Below, in pieces: positions 34,926 through 47,598 of a stretch of 64,000 nucleotides of DNA. The notes below the pieces were generated by a model, which did no database searches, was not told the DNA's origin, and saw nothing but the letters and a program-made list of their open reading frames with translations. The stretch spans positions 62,001 through 126,000 of the forward strand of contig JAUCBJ010004839.1 of NCBI GenBank assembly GCA_032718475.1. The letters run 5' to 3'. Numbering within the stretch: position 1 is the stretch's first letter; each line of letters opens with the position of its first letter. Origin of the DNA: Nemertoderma westbladi. Lineage: Eukaryota > Animalia > Xenacoelomorpha. Position numbers and translations under genes: made by a program.

Positions 34926-37507
34926 GCTACTCTACGTGAACGCAGAATACAACAATATTCAATGAGCACTGCTGGAGAAATGCAGACGAGTTCATACCAG
35001 ATCTACTCATACCAGATAACCAGTATAAATAAATTTGGCGTTCCCATGGACTTCTGTAGAATATAGATAGTAATTCTACTGTATAGAACATCGGTGAGAG
35101 GGTTTCAGGCTTTATGGTATCTTTTGGACTACCGGTAGTACTCAGACTACTTACTTAAAAAAAAAATAAAATAAAATTACCTCGCTCATATGCAAAACCA
35201 TGCAAGATTTAAACGCTCATATCGCAGCTATTTTATGACGAAATTTAGATTCTGTTGCATATTTGGAATCCTTGCACAACCAGCTTTCTAATAGTGCCAA
35301 GTGACAGGACTTTGGCCTTAAAGGCCTTATATGGAGGACAGAATTTTGCATCGTGGGCGGACATAGAACTGTGGGGTGTGGACTATGTTAACATGGAAGT
35401 GTTAACACGGGTAATTATTTCACCAGTGTTGTTATGACAAGACTGGATCTAGACTCGCGGGTCTGATTTTCACTGTCCGAACTCTCTCGACCTATTAGTA
35501 GTAGTAGTGGTAGTTATATGATACGTGGGAGTTACTGTGGCGAATTATGTTGTAGAACTCCAGTGAGATTGCTGACTTCTTGCGGTGAATATATGATTTA
35601 ATGTCTTATGTTAATAATAAAACAATGATCAAAAATACACAAGCAGAATAGCAAAATAGTGTCTCATTTAATCCCCATAAATGGGTGTAGAGTGTGCTTG
35701 GCAACATCTTGTAATATTACTAATTTTGTTGTTTTTATTTAACCAATTTATGCACCCCATTTCACGTGGGTAGGATTGAGTCCCATCCCAATATATCATT
35801 GTTCCGACATATTAAGAAGATTCGACGAGATCGAGTATGTTTTTACATAAATATAACAAGAAAAAATGTCGGTTCTACTTCATATACTACCACACAACAG
35901 AACCGTAGTTCATATGGATACTATACAAAAATCAAGAAGGAACTCAACCATCAAAAAGGCAACAAAGGGAAATTCCAGGTTAGCTGTACATTGTACATTA
36001 TGAATATATTATGCACTGCAGTGATTTGTACAATGTACTGTCGCCAGTCATATAAATACACACTACCACACTTGTCTGTCCCATGTGTCCAGTCATTCTG
36101 CCTCACCACCCCCTTTGTTCTCTGCTAACTGAATCAATCCCATAGGAGTAATTCATTCACTGATATCCAAGAACCTATACAACATCAGGTGTTGTACATA
36201 CTAATGGTCAGGACTATAAACGAATGCCACATCTAATGTTACGTTAATGTTACATCTACTATAGTGGGTGCTGGGCATGACTGGGTATCTCTTCTATATG
36301 TTACTTATAATAGAGTAAAAAATTAATTTAAAAAACAATTTCATAAATATATTATATAATTTTTATTTTTTTTAACTATTTTTAATTTTAATGGTTATTT
36401 TTTATATATTTTCCCCAATAAATAGGTGCTACATGTATTGTCTGGAACCTCCTTCTACGTTCCCTTCCTGACTTTTGTATTTTTATGGAAACTTCAAGGC
36501 TTCATTATAATCATCCTTACTAATGAATGATTCACACTGTACTATATCGCAGTATACAGTGCCACCAGTAACGGTATATTGATGCATCAGAGTGGATGCG
36601 TAAGGAAGCATCCTGTCATCGTTGCTCTGTTCTCACCCACTCACATGAGTTATTATTCGGTTATGAAACCTTGACGGTTTTCATCCTTCCGGAGATAAGC
36701 AAATCTCCTCTCCCTGAAGATAAATCATGAAATTTGAACACTTCAGTAGATAATAGACAGCATTAGGAGAAAAATTTAAATGTTTTGAGTTCTATTGACT
36801 CTCGGTTATTGTTTTGGTTAGAATAACGTGCCACTGTAACATACTCCTTATCCTTAAACGAAATCTAACATTATTAATTCGCTGAGACGACATGGGGCTT
36901 CCATCAATAGCAACCCCCTCCCACTGTCTCCAATAATTATGATATATTATCAATAAAATAAAATTTAACATATCGAAAGAATGCCACTTTAGCAACAAAG
37001 AAATATAATTCAACGCCAGCCAAGATTAAATAATAAAAATTAAGATAGAGAAAAAAAATAATAAAAAAAAAAAAAAAAAAAAAATAATTGGTTTACTAAT
37101 GAAAGTTGAACGAGATTTATTCGAGACAAATTGGTTTTCTTGTAGTTCTTGTTTGTTGGGTCCTTATAAATCTTTATGGCCGATAGTAATGTTCTACAGC
37201 AGAATTATACCGTTTGGAAATATAACTTTTCACAGAGACGCCTGTCAACACATGCGCTTGTAATATTGAAATAATAATAATTATTGAAATAATAATAATA
37301 ATATATTATATTTATATAGTGCCTATATTCAATAATTGCGTTGATAATAATAATAAGTAATAATAATTTATGTATCCACCTATTATATGTATGTCATATC
37401 CTCCCGCGGTTATTTGTTCACCACTGATAGATCCAATTAGTTATTGATAGTTTTTTTAAGTTGGTTTGGACTATTCGATATATGAAAGGTACGTTACAAC
37501 ACTATAT

Positions 37508-38795
37508 TGTGGGGCGAGCCACGAAGTTGGCGGAGCCTTAGCGAATTGACACTGTTAGGGGGTGGGTCAATTTATGCAAATAGTTGTCGTCGTCGTCGTC
37601 GTCGTCGTTGTCGTCGTCGTCGTTGTCGTCGTCGTCGTTGTCGTCGTCGTCGTTGTCGTCGTCGTTACGATTTTGACATGCTAATAACTTTGTCGGATTT
37701 AAAGCTGCCAAGTTGAAAATTTGTAGGTATCAATATAAGCAAAAGTTGAGATTTTTGAGAGACTTTCAGACACCATCAGTGCAATGGTCTCCCGCTAGAG
37801 GGCCACATGTCTAAACATTAAATGGCCACCCATTTCTTTGCTTTTAATCCGTTTAAGCTGAAACTTGGGAAGTATGTACTAGACCATTAGCTGTAAATTT
37901 CAAAGGAGGCTAATCTGTCTGCAGTTCTCCAGTCTGCCGCTAGAGGGCGAAATGTCCCGAATGTGAAATTATTCTTCCATTTAGTTGTTTATGATCTGAT
38001 TACGCTGAAACTTGTCATATATGTACTAGATGACATCCTGAGTCTTTGTGTGGATTGTAATCGGTCCGAAGTTTTCCAGTCTCCCGCTAGAGGGCCACAT
38101 GTCTAAACATTAAATGGCCACCCATTTCTTTGCTTTTAATCCGTTTAAGCTGAAACTTGGGAAGTATGTACTAGACCATTAGCTGTAAATTTCAAAGGAG
38201 GCTAATCTGTCTGCAGTTCTCCAGTCTGCCGCTAGAGGGCGAAATGTCCCGAATGTGAAATTATTCTTCCATTTAGTTGTTTATGATCTGATTACGCTGA
38301 AACTTGTCATATATGTACTAGAAGACATCCTAAGTCTTTGTGTGGACAGTAATCGGTCCGGAGTTTTCGAGTCTGCCGCTAGAGGGCGAAATGTAGGAAA
38401 GTGATAACCTTTGCGAATTCCTTGATCTTAATCTATTTAAGCTGAATTTTGGAATATACAGTACCGGTATGTACTAGACCACATGCCTCGTCTTTGTGAG
38501 GAAGGTGATCGATCCGTAGTTCTTTAATATGCCGCTAGAGGGCTAAATGTATGAAAGTGAAAACCTTCCAACATTTCGTTATTTATGATCCGTCAATCGG
38601 AAACTTGGTAGATATGTAATAGACCATAGGCTGTGGCTTTGTAGGGAAACTAATCCTTCCTTCTTCAGTTACCCAGTCTCCCGCTAGAGGGTTAACGTTT
38701 TCCGGGAAAATCTTCTCCTATGTTTTTATAATCCTTTCGAGTTGATACTTAGCATTAACTCATTTCACGTGCTGCGCGAAGGCCCCACTTCGTGT
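37508..38795 (+). mobile_element. Full-length Helentron/HINE-like element: (GTC)n plus central tandem array of about 146-bp units
   Basis: 5' tgtggggcgagccacgaagt, 3' gctgcgcgaaggccccacttcgtgt. ccgctagaggg at 37792, 37937, 38084, 38229, 38376, 38532 and 38681. Confidence 0.8.
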
Positions 38796-38879
38796 ATACT
38801 GTACTGGCGCGTCTACGCACTGCCAGTAACCCATATAACAACTTTAATTACTTTTACCGCTTTTGAGGCTCCTGTCTAC

Positions 38880-39240
38880 AGGAGCTGTTAAAATTACTAG
38901 AATCACTATTTCCTGATTGGTTTTAAACTGGGTACCTAGCAACGCCATCAGCTGATTTCAAAATGCCATATTGCTGATTTGGCGACAGGAAATAGTGATT
39001 GTAGTAATTTTAAGGACTATTTTTAAGGGCCTTAAAAATTCTAGAGTCACTATAAAACAACTATAAACACTATTATTAAATATAGAGGTGATTGTTATCC
39101 CAGGTGGATATCGTAGTTTAAAACAGAATAGAATAAGTATTGCGATTCTAAACAACATTTCGTCGAAACGTTCCGTTTGAATTAATTGAAATATAATGTT
39201 GTTTAGAATCGCAATTATTCTATTCTGTTTTAAACTATTA
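38880..39240. mobile_element. Unclassified dispersed repeat ending in a long hairpin
   Basis: 38880-39052 is the reverse complement of about 43708-43893; 39116-39238 is an about 43-bp-arm inverted repeat. Confidence 0.6.
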
Positions 39241-39527
39241 TTAAATTTAAAGGAGTTATCAGGATGCAGGTTACATCAACGCTCATAATTGAATTCGCTT
39301 TCATTTTAAAAATACAGAACCTACCTACAGCCCTACAGTGCCGGATTAAGCCTCTGGTGGCCCTAAGGCACATTTTAGTAATTTCCAAAAATGGCCCGAA
39401 AATTTACCTTTTTCCGCAAATCCTTTCAAAAGAAAAAGCTGCTAAAAGCAACCGAAATCGAGAAAATGTTGAGAATGAAATATAAAGTATTCTCTTTAGT
39501 ATATAATATTTAATAGTAATTAGTATT

Positions 39528-39765
39528 CAAAAAGCAAAGCACACTGTCGGCCGAAGCCGGAGGCGACCCGAAGGCTCCTCTTTCGATAGCGGCTACCCGA
39601 GGGTAGGGGTGGGCGATACTCCTATCCCAAGATTTGCTCCCAGTTATTTAACTGGTACTCATTTTATCGACCCCAGTGGATGAAAGGCTGAGTGGACCCT
39701 GGCGGGGCTGAACCTACACCCAATAGATTGCAGGCCCGGCGCTCAACCAACTGAGCTACCCCGCC
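39528..39765 (-). mobile_element. Full-length tRNA-derived SINE with a single copy of the 36-bp segment
   Basis: Reverse complement begins ggcggggTAGCTCAGTTGG (A box)...GGTTCAGCCCC (B-box-like), then central ccactcagcctttcatcc...gtcgataaaatgagtaccag, then a 3' tail. Confidence 0.88.
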
Positions 39766-39952
39766 AAATTAATTAAATTAATTAGTATTATAATATTTCA
39801 AATAAGTACTTTAATAATAAGTACTTTGCAAAAATAGTTTTCATCAAGAATTGTAACATTACTAAACGGCATATTATGCCTATAAAACCTTTGCTATAAA
39901 ATGTGTAATGGTTTTGGTAGAATTTCTCAAGCTTTAATTTTTAATATATTAA

Positions 39953-40710
39953 TGGGACCATTACCCCAATAATCTATTTGTTTTATTTATAAAGCTACTA
40001 TTCTGAAATTTTAACACAATGAATGATCTGTGATCTTTTATATACTATGAAAACTGATATAAACCGATTCTTCGAAAAATATGGCACTTTTTGAACAGGT
40101 CGGGTTTTTTCAAAATTTGTATAAATTTTGAGGCATTTATATGTAAATTAGCTCATGTTTAAGCATCTGTAATACCACCTGCATTGAAGTTATTGGTCCA
40201 AGACTTTGGTAAAATGGACCTAGATAATATATAGGCCATCTTCTATGAAAATTTTAGCACAAAATTATTGTTTTTGAAAGATTTATGGGGGTTTTAGTAT
40301 TTCCGGGCTATATTTTGGGAATCAAATATTTTGTGATAGACAAAGTGTAGCAGTTACAAAACCGGGTCTAGAAGATCCAAACGGCCATGTTTTACAAAAC
40401 CAACGATAGTAGTCCTAAAGCTGCTGAACATTTTGGTATAGGTTTGATGGAAATTGAGTAAAAAATAAAATAGTAGTAGGGAATTTAGTGAGAAAAAAAG
40501 TCAAAATCGACAAACCGATAAAATGGTTGTTTTATACAGAGAGTCATAAATATCAGCAAAATATTATGTTGTTGAAAAGAGCAGTTTTGAGGTCAAAAAT
40601 AATTCAATGTTGAAAACCGATATCACCTTATGAAAGCCCTTCTATCAAACTACAAAAAATTGTGTAAATTTTCGTAAATTTCATTTATGCGGGGGTTATT
40701 GTTGGCCCCC
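39953..40710 (+). mobile_element. Kolobok-like non-autonomous element
   Basis: ttaa on both sides (39949-39952, 40711-40714); gggacca/tggcccc ends; related copies near 20.0 and 22.7 kb. Confidence 0.65.
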
Positions 40711-41634
40711 TTAAGCATTTAGCAATTTTGATCGGATCGTGGGAATGTGTTATTTATTTTCTTTAGGGTAGGTTTCGCAGGGTACTTATCTGTACAGGAC
40801 TTCAAATTCAAAATTGCAAAATTCAATACACGAGGGCAGAACATCTGAATTTCGGTTATATTAAATTACAGTAGTGACAAGAAGTTATTTCTGACACGTT
40901 TTTTTTTTTATCAACAACTATTTTATCTACAATTTATTTATCCTTTTTTTTATATATTAGAGCCTATATAAAACTCGTTTCCGGTAAATAAAATTAATTT
41001 TGCACTACCGTATCTCAACGCCATACATTTACTACAGTATGTACAGTATTTCCATGTCACCACGTCATTATTTGGTTGTTCTATAAAGTTTAAGAGTATA
41101 ACTACAAATAATTCCCCACAAATAAATAAAATTAAATTCTCCACTGGTCATAATTAGCCCTTTAAAGTATTACTGCCCATGTTTTATTATTTCCCTGCCA
41201 TCAGGTCTCGAACTAATAACACAGCACCTGTCGGTTGACTGAGCTACAGTAGAATTTTGTACTTTCTATCACAAATTTAGGGATAGAAAGTAGTCGAAAG
41301 ATGCACTTTCTTGCTCTGTTTTCTAGAAATTTTAGTGATTAAAAATGTAGACTTTTCAGATAAAAATATTTTTTTCACAGTATAATGACTCGCTGAGAAA
41401 AAATGGTCCGTATTTTCTGCTAGCCCTAAGGCACGTGCCTTATATGCCTTAAGGTTAATCCGGCACTGCAGCCCTACAGCATTCCTCTACGCTTTCCTCT
41501 TGGTACGCTTTCATTGTATTAAAACGATGCCTAATCGTCTGTACTTGTATACTGTACAGTTGTATTGTAATGTGAATTGGAATTTAAAGTGATAGCGATA
41601 GCTCGGATGTGAACTGCTTTGGGAATTTTTGGAC

Positions 41635-42056
41635 CGGTGTAGCAGGCTGAGATTGAGATAACTCCCCACCAAATATGACTCCCCAGTCTTCTCAGCCTAG
41701 GATGAAAACACGCCCCAGTTTTCTCCATAGATTTCTTAATTAACGGAAAGGAGCAGGTTACATTGGCGGGTTTTCTAACCAAAACAATACACGATATGTC
41801 AATAACATAGGTTACAGTTTTATTTTTTGCAATATACGAAAATAACACAGGTACGGATATGAATTATAACTCAATTAGCCTAAGGGGAGTGTTGTCAGCC
41901 TAGGCTGAGATAAATGGGGAGTGTTCTCCGCCTAGGCTGAGACGACTAAGGAGTGTTCTCAGCCTACGCTGAGACGACTGAGGAGTGTTCTCAGCCTATG
42001 CTGAGATGACTGGGAGGTCAATTCAAGAGGGAGTTATCTCATCCTTGTACACCGGG
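41635..42056. mobile_element. MITE with internal subrepeats (ctcagcctaggctgagacgact)
   Basis: Imperfect TIR ccggtgta...gagataactcc / ggagttatctc...tacaccgg. Confidence 0.6.
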
Positions 42057-42286
42057 CCGTCTCCCATTATTGAATTGAATACACAATTAAAATTAATTAA
42101 TATCTGTGCAGTATAACTTTATTAGTTTTGTGAATCATGTTAAGGACGGTAGGGAAATCCTACCCTTTATAGTTTTCCGGTTTTTCGTAATTACGATCTA
42201 ATTACTCTCCTCATCTTATTTCGCTGCAAATTTTGATTGCGTTTTTTTCCCTGTGCAGTAGTGTGCTTTGTGCTAAATTGAAAAGC

Positions 42287-42899
42287 ATGTATGATGTAGG
42301 CCTGTACTACAGTACCGTACAGTAGTATCTCTTTCTAGTCCATTTTCTACTGTAGAGTGCTGTAGGAGTTATTGCAGTTCATACTACTACTACTATGTAT
42401 GATGTAGGCCTGTACTACAGTACAGTAGTATCTCCTTCTAGTCCATTTTCTACTGTAGAGTGCTGCAGGAGTTACTGCAGTTCATACTACTACTACTATG
42501 TATGATGTAGGCCTGTACTACAGTACAGTAGTATCTTCTTCTAGTCCATGTTGTACTGTAGAGTGCTGCAGGAGTTACTGCAGTTCATACTACTACTACT
42601 ATGTATGATGTAGGCCTGTACTACAGTACAGTAGTATCTCTCTCTAGTCCATGTTGTACTGTAGAGTGCTGCAGGAGTTACTGCAGTTCATACTACTACT
42701 ACTATGTATGATGTAGGCCTGTACTACAGTACAGTAGTATCTTCTTCTAGTCCATGTTGTACTGTAGAGTGCTGCAGGAGTTACTGCAGTTCATACTACT
42801 ACTACTATGTATGATGTAGGCCTGTACTACAGTACAGTAGTATCTCTCTCTAGTCCATTTCTACTGTAGAGTGCTGCAGGAGTTATTGCAGTTCATACA
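42287..42899. repeat. 103-bp tandem satellite, about 6 units
   Basis: atgtatgatgtaggcc recurs at 42395, 42498, 42601, 42704 and 42807. Confidence 0.95.
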
Positions 42900-43199
42900 G
42901 TTAACAGACGAATTCTTTCAAAATGGCGGAGTAGTTGTCATCAAAATATATTAACATGGAATCATGTATTAGTTGCGGTAAGCAATATAAAAATAAAAGA
43001 TCATTGAATACCCATAATAGTAAATACCATTCAGGTAATTGGCGACCCAAGGACAAGGTGCATACCCATACGTCTAATGGAGGAGAAAATCTAGAGATCA
43101 ACTTAAATAATATGACAGAGTTTGAAATTTGGAAACAGACGTTTGAAATTAACACAAAGTCATAGCAATAAATATTATAGTTTAATCGGTTATATGTAA

Positions 43200-43619
43200 T
43201 ATTCTTAATTCAAAACTTATATTCTAGCGGTAAATTTGAACGCCATCTAGCGACCGATGTTGATGGTTTAGGTCTCTGACCGTACCTAATAATTAATTGA
43301 GAACCATCCATAGGTTATTCAAAATCAATGAAGTGGTTCCAAAGTTATTAAGCCTAGACTAAGTGATATTTAGCGCCTCCTAGAGGCGGACCATTTAAAT
43401 GCATGACACCAAAATTCTGAAAACTTTCTAAACTTTTGACGTTACTATACTTGTGAACCACGTTTGGTATAATTTCATCAAAGATTCACTGAGTTACTGT
43501 ATTAGCATTCAAAGATTAAACGGACCGACCGACCAACCGCCTGGCAGACCGACAGATAGAAGCGAGGTTGAGATGGTACGCGTATTCTAAACTCGCTCAC
43601 TTTCGTGGCTCGCCCCACA
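43200..43619 (-). mobile_element. Diverged HINE-like element, different subfamily
   Basis: Same terminus ttcgtggctcgccccaca; internal cgccatctagcg and cgcctcctag motifs. Confidence 0.55.
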
Positions 43620-43944
43620 GTGTTAGTCAATTTAACGTTTGCTTGTCAGTTCTGTCAGTGGCCCTGTGTTACCGGATGGTGCCTCTGGTTGTTTTAAGGG
43701 CTTCCGAAATAGTGACTCTAGTAGTTTTAAGGCCCTTAAAATAGTCCTTAAAATTACTAGAATCACTATCGCGACTATTTCCTGCCGCCAAATCAGCAAT
43801 ATGGCATTTTGAAATCAGCTGATGGCGTTGCCGAATCGAATCCAGTTTAAAACCAATCAGGTAATAGTGATTCTAGTAATTTTAACGGCTCCTTGAAATG
43901 TCTACTTGAATGACTTAACACCAATCTTAGTACAAAAATTTACC

Positions 43945-44012
43945 GGAAAGGGGGATTGAACGCAGCACCTAGAGTTTCCAAATCCCACGCTCTACCATCT
44001 TCACCACTGCGC
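43945..44012 (-). mobile_element. tRNA-derived SINE head or tRNA pseudogene fragment
   Basis: Reverse complement ggcgcagtggtgaagatggtagagcg...gttcaatcccc has A- and B-box-like motifs but no intact cloverleaf. Confidence 0.45.
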
Positions 44013-44151
44013 CGTCTACCAACTTCGCCATATGAAGCAAACCTAACTGGAAATTAACAACACCAACAACGGAATGACTACTAGTTGAATACCTCGTTTT
44101 ATTAATAAGCATTGATTTCAGTAATTAATGTAATGAGGGCCTTCTCCCCCC

Positions 44152-45411
44152 TACTACTACGATCGGCATGCTGCAATGTAGCAGCATTATATTTATATTA
44201 CATATATATTAAGAAAACTGTACCGGCTGGTCGACAAAATTGCGCCGCCACAACTCCCTATCACCCATGACATTTGCTAGATCATCCGCATCTTCAAGGC
44301 CAGTGTCCTTTAAGATGCGTCTCAAGAAAGTCATGGGCTGTCCACCATGCGTATTCACTCCATGAGGCCGCCAAAGCACAATATTATGCACTGGCTGGTC
44401 CTCACGGCAAAAGCAATGTCCTGCAAAGCGGAGGCGACTTTGTTATAGTGTCAAACTTGGGGGAACCAATGAGACATCACCGATGTTGTATAGAGTCTGA
44501 TTGGAGATGTGTTCATTGTACTTGACACAATGAACCTGGCGCAGCATTCTTGTGAAAGTGCATTCCAGAGATTTGGTAGCCTATCCCTTACGTATCCGAA
44601 GGTCTTCACCTGACTTTCTGATCCATCATCCCAACTAGCAGAAGTCATCTACGTGCTCAAGCAAGCCGTCCTTAGAGCTTATGCCCTTATGATCAGACAT
44701 TTCTGGAGGGCTGTCTAGGTTGACTGTCATGATTTTGGTCTTCTTGGAATTTACAAAAAGACCAACACTAGAAGAAACCTGTTTCAATGAGCAGAGGAGC
44801 CTTTGGGCTCCCTCTAGTGATTCTGACAAAACCCCTAAGTCATAAGCAAAGTTTAGTTCAGTAAGGTAGTTTGCTGGATTTCCTGTACTTCTTGTGCCAG
44901 TAGGGGGGTGTTACAATCACCCCATATTTATTAAATTGGTCTAAGGACATGCGTAGAACATAATCAACCAAAATTACGAATAAGAATGTTGCAAGTGTGT
45001 CACCCTGAAGGACGCCCCATAACACTTCAAATGGTTCTGTGTCACCGTCAAAAGTAGACACAAAATGTTGTCGAACCATCGTATACTGATCTGATTGCTG
45101 CAATAATTTCATCAGGAATCCCATATAATGAAAGTATGCTGAACATACGTGAGCGAGAGACTGAATCAAAGGCCTTGAAGAAGTCAACAAAGATAACAGC
45201 CAGATGCCTGTCTTTCTTTTTTGATAACTCTTCAATTATCCTTCTAAGTGCCAAAATGGGCTCCATGGTCCCAAGATCTTCACGGAACCCATTCTGATTT
45301 CCACGGAGCAGTCTCTCAATGGGATCTCTGATGCGATTTAATATAATTATGTTGTATTGCTTTGCAGCAATCGAGATTAACGAGATTCCACGAAAAGATC
45401 CATAGAGTGTT
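44152..45411 (-). mobile_element. Second, more degraded RTE copy of the same family as 23267-24969
   Basis: Near-identical peptides (MEPILALRRIIEELSKKKDRHLAVIFVDFFKAFDS); (TAG)n tail; internal deletion and stops. Confidence 0.92.
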
Positions 45412-46641
45412 GTGTATGTATGACTAACTAATTGAACACTGTAGCTTAAGCCTCCTCATTCCTTGGAGACATTGCAGCTCATTATTTTTGTAGTTTCAAA
45501 TCACATTTTATGTTGGCTTTAAATTGGTCAATGTAACTAAGAAATTCGAGCTGCAATTTCTTCCAATTGCCAAAAGTTTGTTTGTCTGCCATATGTTTGT
45601 ATTACAATTGTATTGCAATTGAAACTACATGAAATACGTGACTAATTAAATATTATATTCACTTATTTTATGTAGATGTCGTTTTAATAAATAATTGGAA
45701 CGTCACAAGCACAAATTCCGTGACATTGAGATTTATCCCGGTCGTATTTTAATAATTTTTGTCGGAGCATTTTAGTTCGGTTTATCATTTTGATATATGA
45801 GCTACACAAGCAATGCGGTTATGTACCTTTCGATGTATTGGGAACTATATACCAAAACGCACTACCTATCGGAATTATCATGGTGATAATTTTCCGTGTT
45901 AGTTAGCGTAATGGTAGGGAAATAAACCCTTAGGGAAAGGTAGCCATCCAACAAATAGCCTTAGTTAGGCAACATCAAATACATTTACTTAATAATCCAA
46001 TTCTAATTCTCATAGGAAATTAAAAAGCAATGTATAAAGTATGTAGCATTATCTTTGTTGGCGGATCGTGATCCTACCTGTGAATGAGATATAGAAGAAC
46101 TTGAACTGATATTACCTGTTTATTTCAAATTTGCATATTGTGCTGAATATATAATAACAAGATGTAATCTTACCCACCATCTCTGTAGAAGCTGGTCCCC
46201 ATGTTTGTGAATTGATGACGGCATATATAACCAATGATAAAGCATAAATATGTTAATTAATTATGATGCGACCGAAATGATCGAAATCAGGCACATCTTT
46301 GCCAGTCCGTCAAAGATTTATTTAATTTATATTTATATATTGTTGTTTATCATTAATTCTCGGTTTTTTGTTTACACATTGCTGAAGCTACAAACCAGTA
46401 ATATATCCGTATAATCCTGGTTTTTCGAGGTAATAATAAACTCCAAAAATGAATTTATTTCGATTGTGAAATAGCATGAAATTATACTAGCTGGTAACTA
46501 AAAAACTAAAACTAAAAAAAATAATTTAAACTAAAAAACAATATATTAATGTACTGCTCCGCGAGGTACAACTGTGATGGAAATAGCTGAATAACGGAAC
46601 GCGGATTGCTTTAATAATAAATATTAATGAATTTATACATA

Positions 46642-46825
46642 AGTGCATTATAAGTGTGTATGTTAGTGCATTATAAGTGTGTATGTTAGTGCATTATAAG
46701 TGTGTATGTTAGTGCATTATAAGTGTGTATGTTAGTGCATTATAAGTGTGTATGTTAGTGCATTATAAGTGTTTATGTTAGTGCATTATAAGTGTGTATG
46801 TTAGTGCATTATAAGTGTGTATGTT
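46642..46825. repeat. 23-bp minisatellite (agtgcattataagtgtgtatgtt)n, about 8 units
   Basis: Direct reading. Confidence 0.95.
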
Positions 46826-47598
46826 GTAGAGTGTTGTATATTTACACGGTCAATAAACTATAATTATTGTCTGTTCGATAATGGAATATGCGGATATACC
46901 TTCAGCAAATAAATCATGATTTTACATGATTATCTTAAGATCTTCTCTCTTACAAGTAACCTCAGAGTTTTGCCATGGCACATACTGTTTTCGTTTGGGT
47001 TTCTGGGGGATTTGCCTCGTGGCTGATTCCTTGTAGGCTTATATTATATTCTTGTATATTGAACTTTGTCGTTTGAACACTGTTGCGGTTTTTAAATTCT
47101 GCGTTTGCTGGCTCTCAAACTGAGTCTGATCTCTGCAGTCACAATTCTGTGGTCCGAACCAATTAGGTTGAACGAGCTGTATGCGTCGCAGGGTCGCAGA
47201 TATTCATGCTGTTAGTTACTCCACTTTTTGTTGATAAGGATGTAATCCAGCTGTGCTCTGGTTCCATTAGGATTTTGAAAGGCTTACACAGTTTCCCCTT
47301 ATTCTTTTCGAAAGTGGTGTTTCTTGGAATCAATGCACATTCTTCCATTAGTTCTAAGACTAAGAAGAAGAATGATAGAATTAAAATAAAATATTGAAGG
47401 TCTTTAGCTGGTTTATTAAAGATAACAATAATGATCGTTTTCGACCTACTGGTCTGCATCAGACTATGTACAGTAACTAGCAACTAACAGGAAGAGTAGA
47501 GGGTCTATATAAATATATATAAATATACTATTTTAAAGGGGAATACCTGATAGCGATAGGTGAATCTCAGAAAAGTTAGCGTGTATATATAATGTATG

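Larger units (their letters stand above)
39336..41468. mobile_element. hAT-like non-autonomous transposon containing a SINE and a Kolobok-like element
   Basis: TIR cagtgccggattaa / ttaatccggcactg; perfect 8-bp TSD cagcccta at 39328-39335 and 41469-41476. Confidence 0.88.

Noticed and set aside
39695-39765. Functional tRNA gene (also about 57260-57330 and 43945-44012)
   Set aside because: Acceptor and T arms are not canonical, and at 39.7 and 57.3 kb the head runs into a SINE body; these are SINE heads.
42935-43165. ORF with a single C2H2-like motif (CISCGKQYKNKRSLNTHNSKYH)
   Set aside because: The motif is plausible but isolated, with no further exons identifiable; possibly a transposon fragment. 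Not supportable as a gene.
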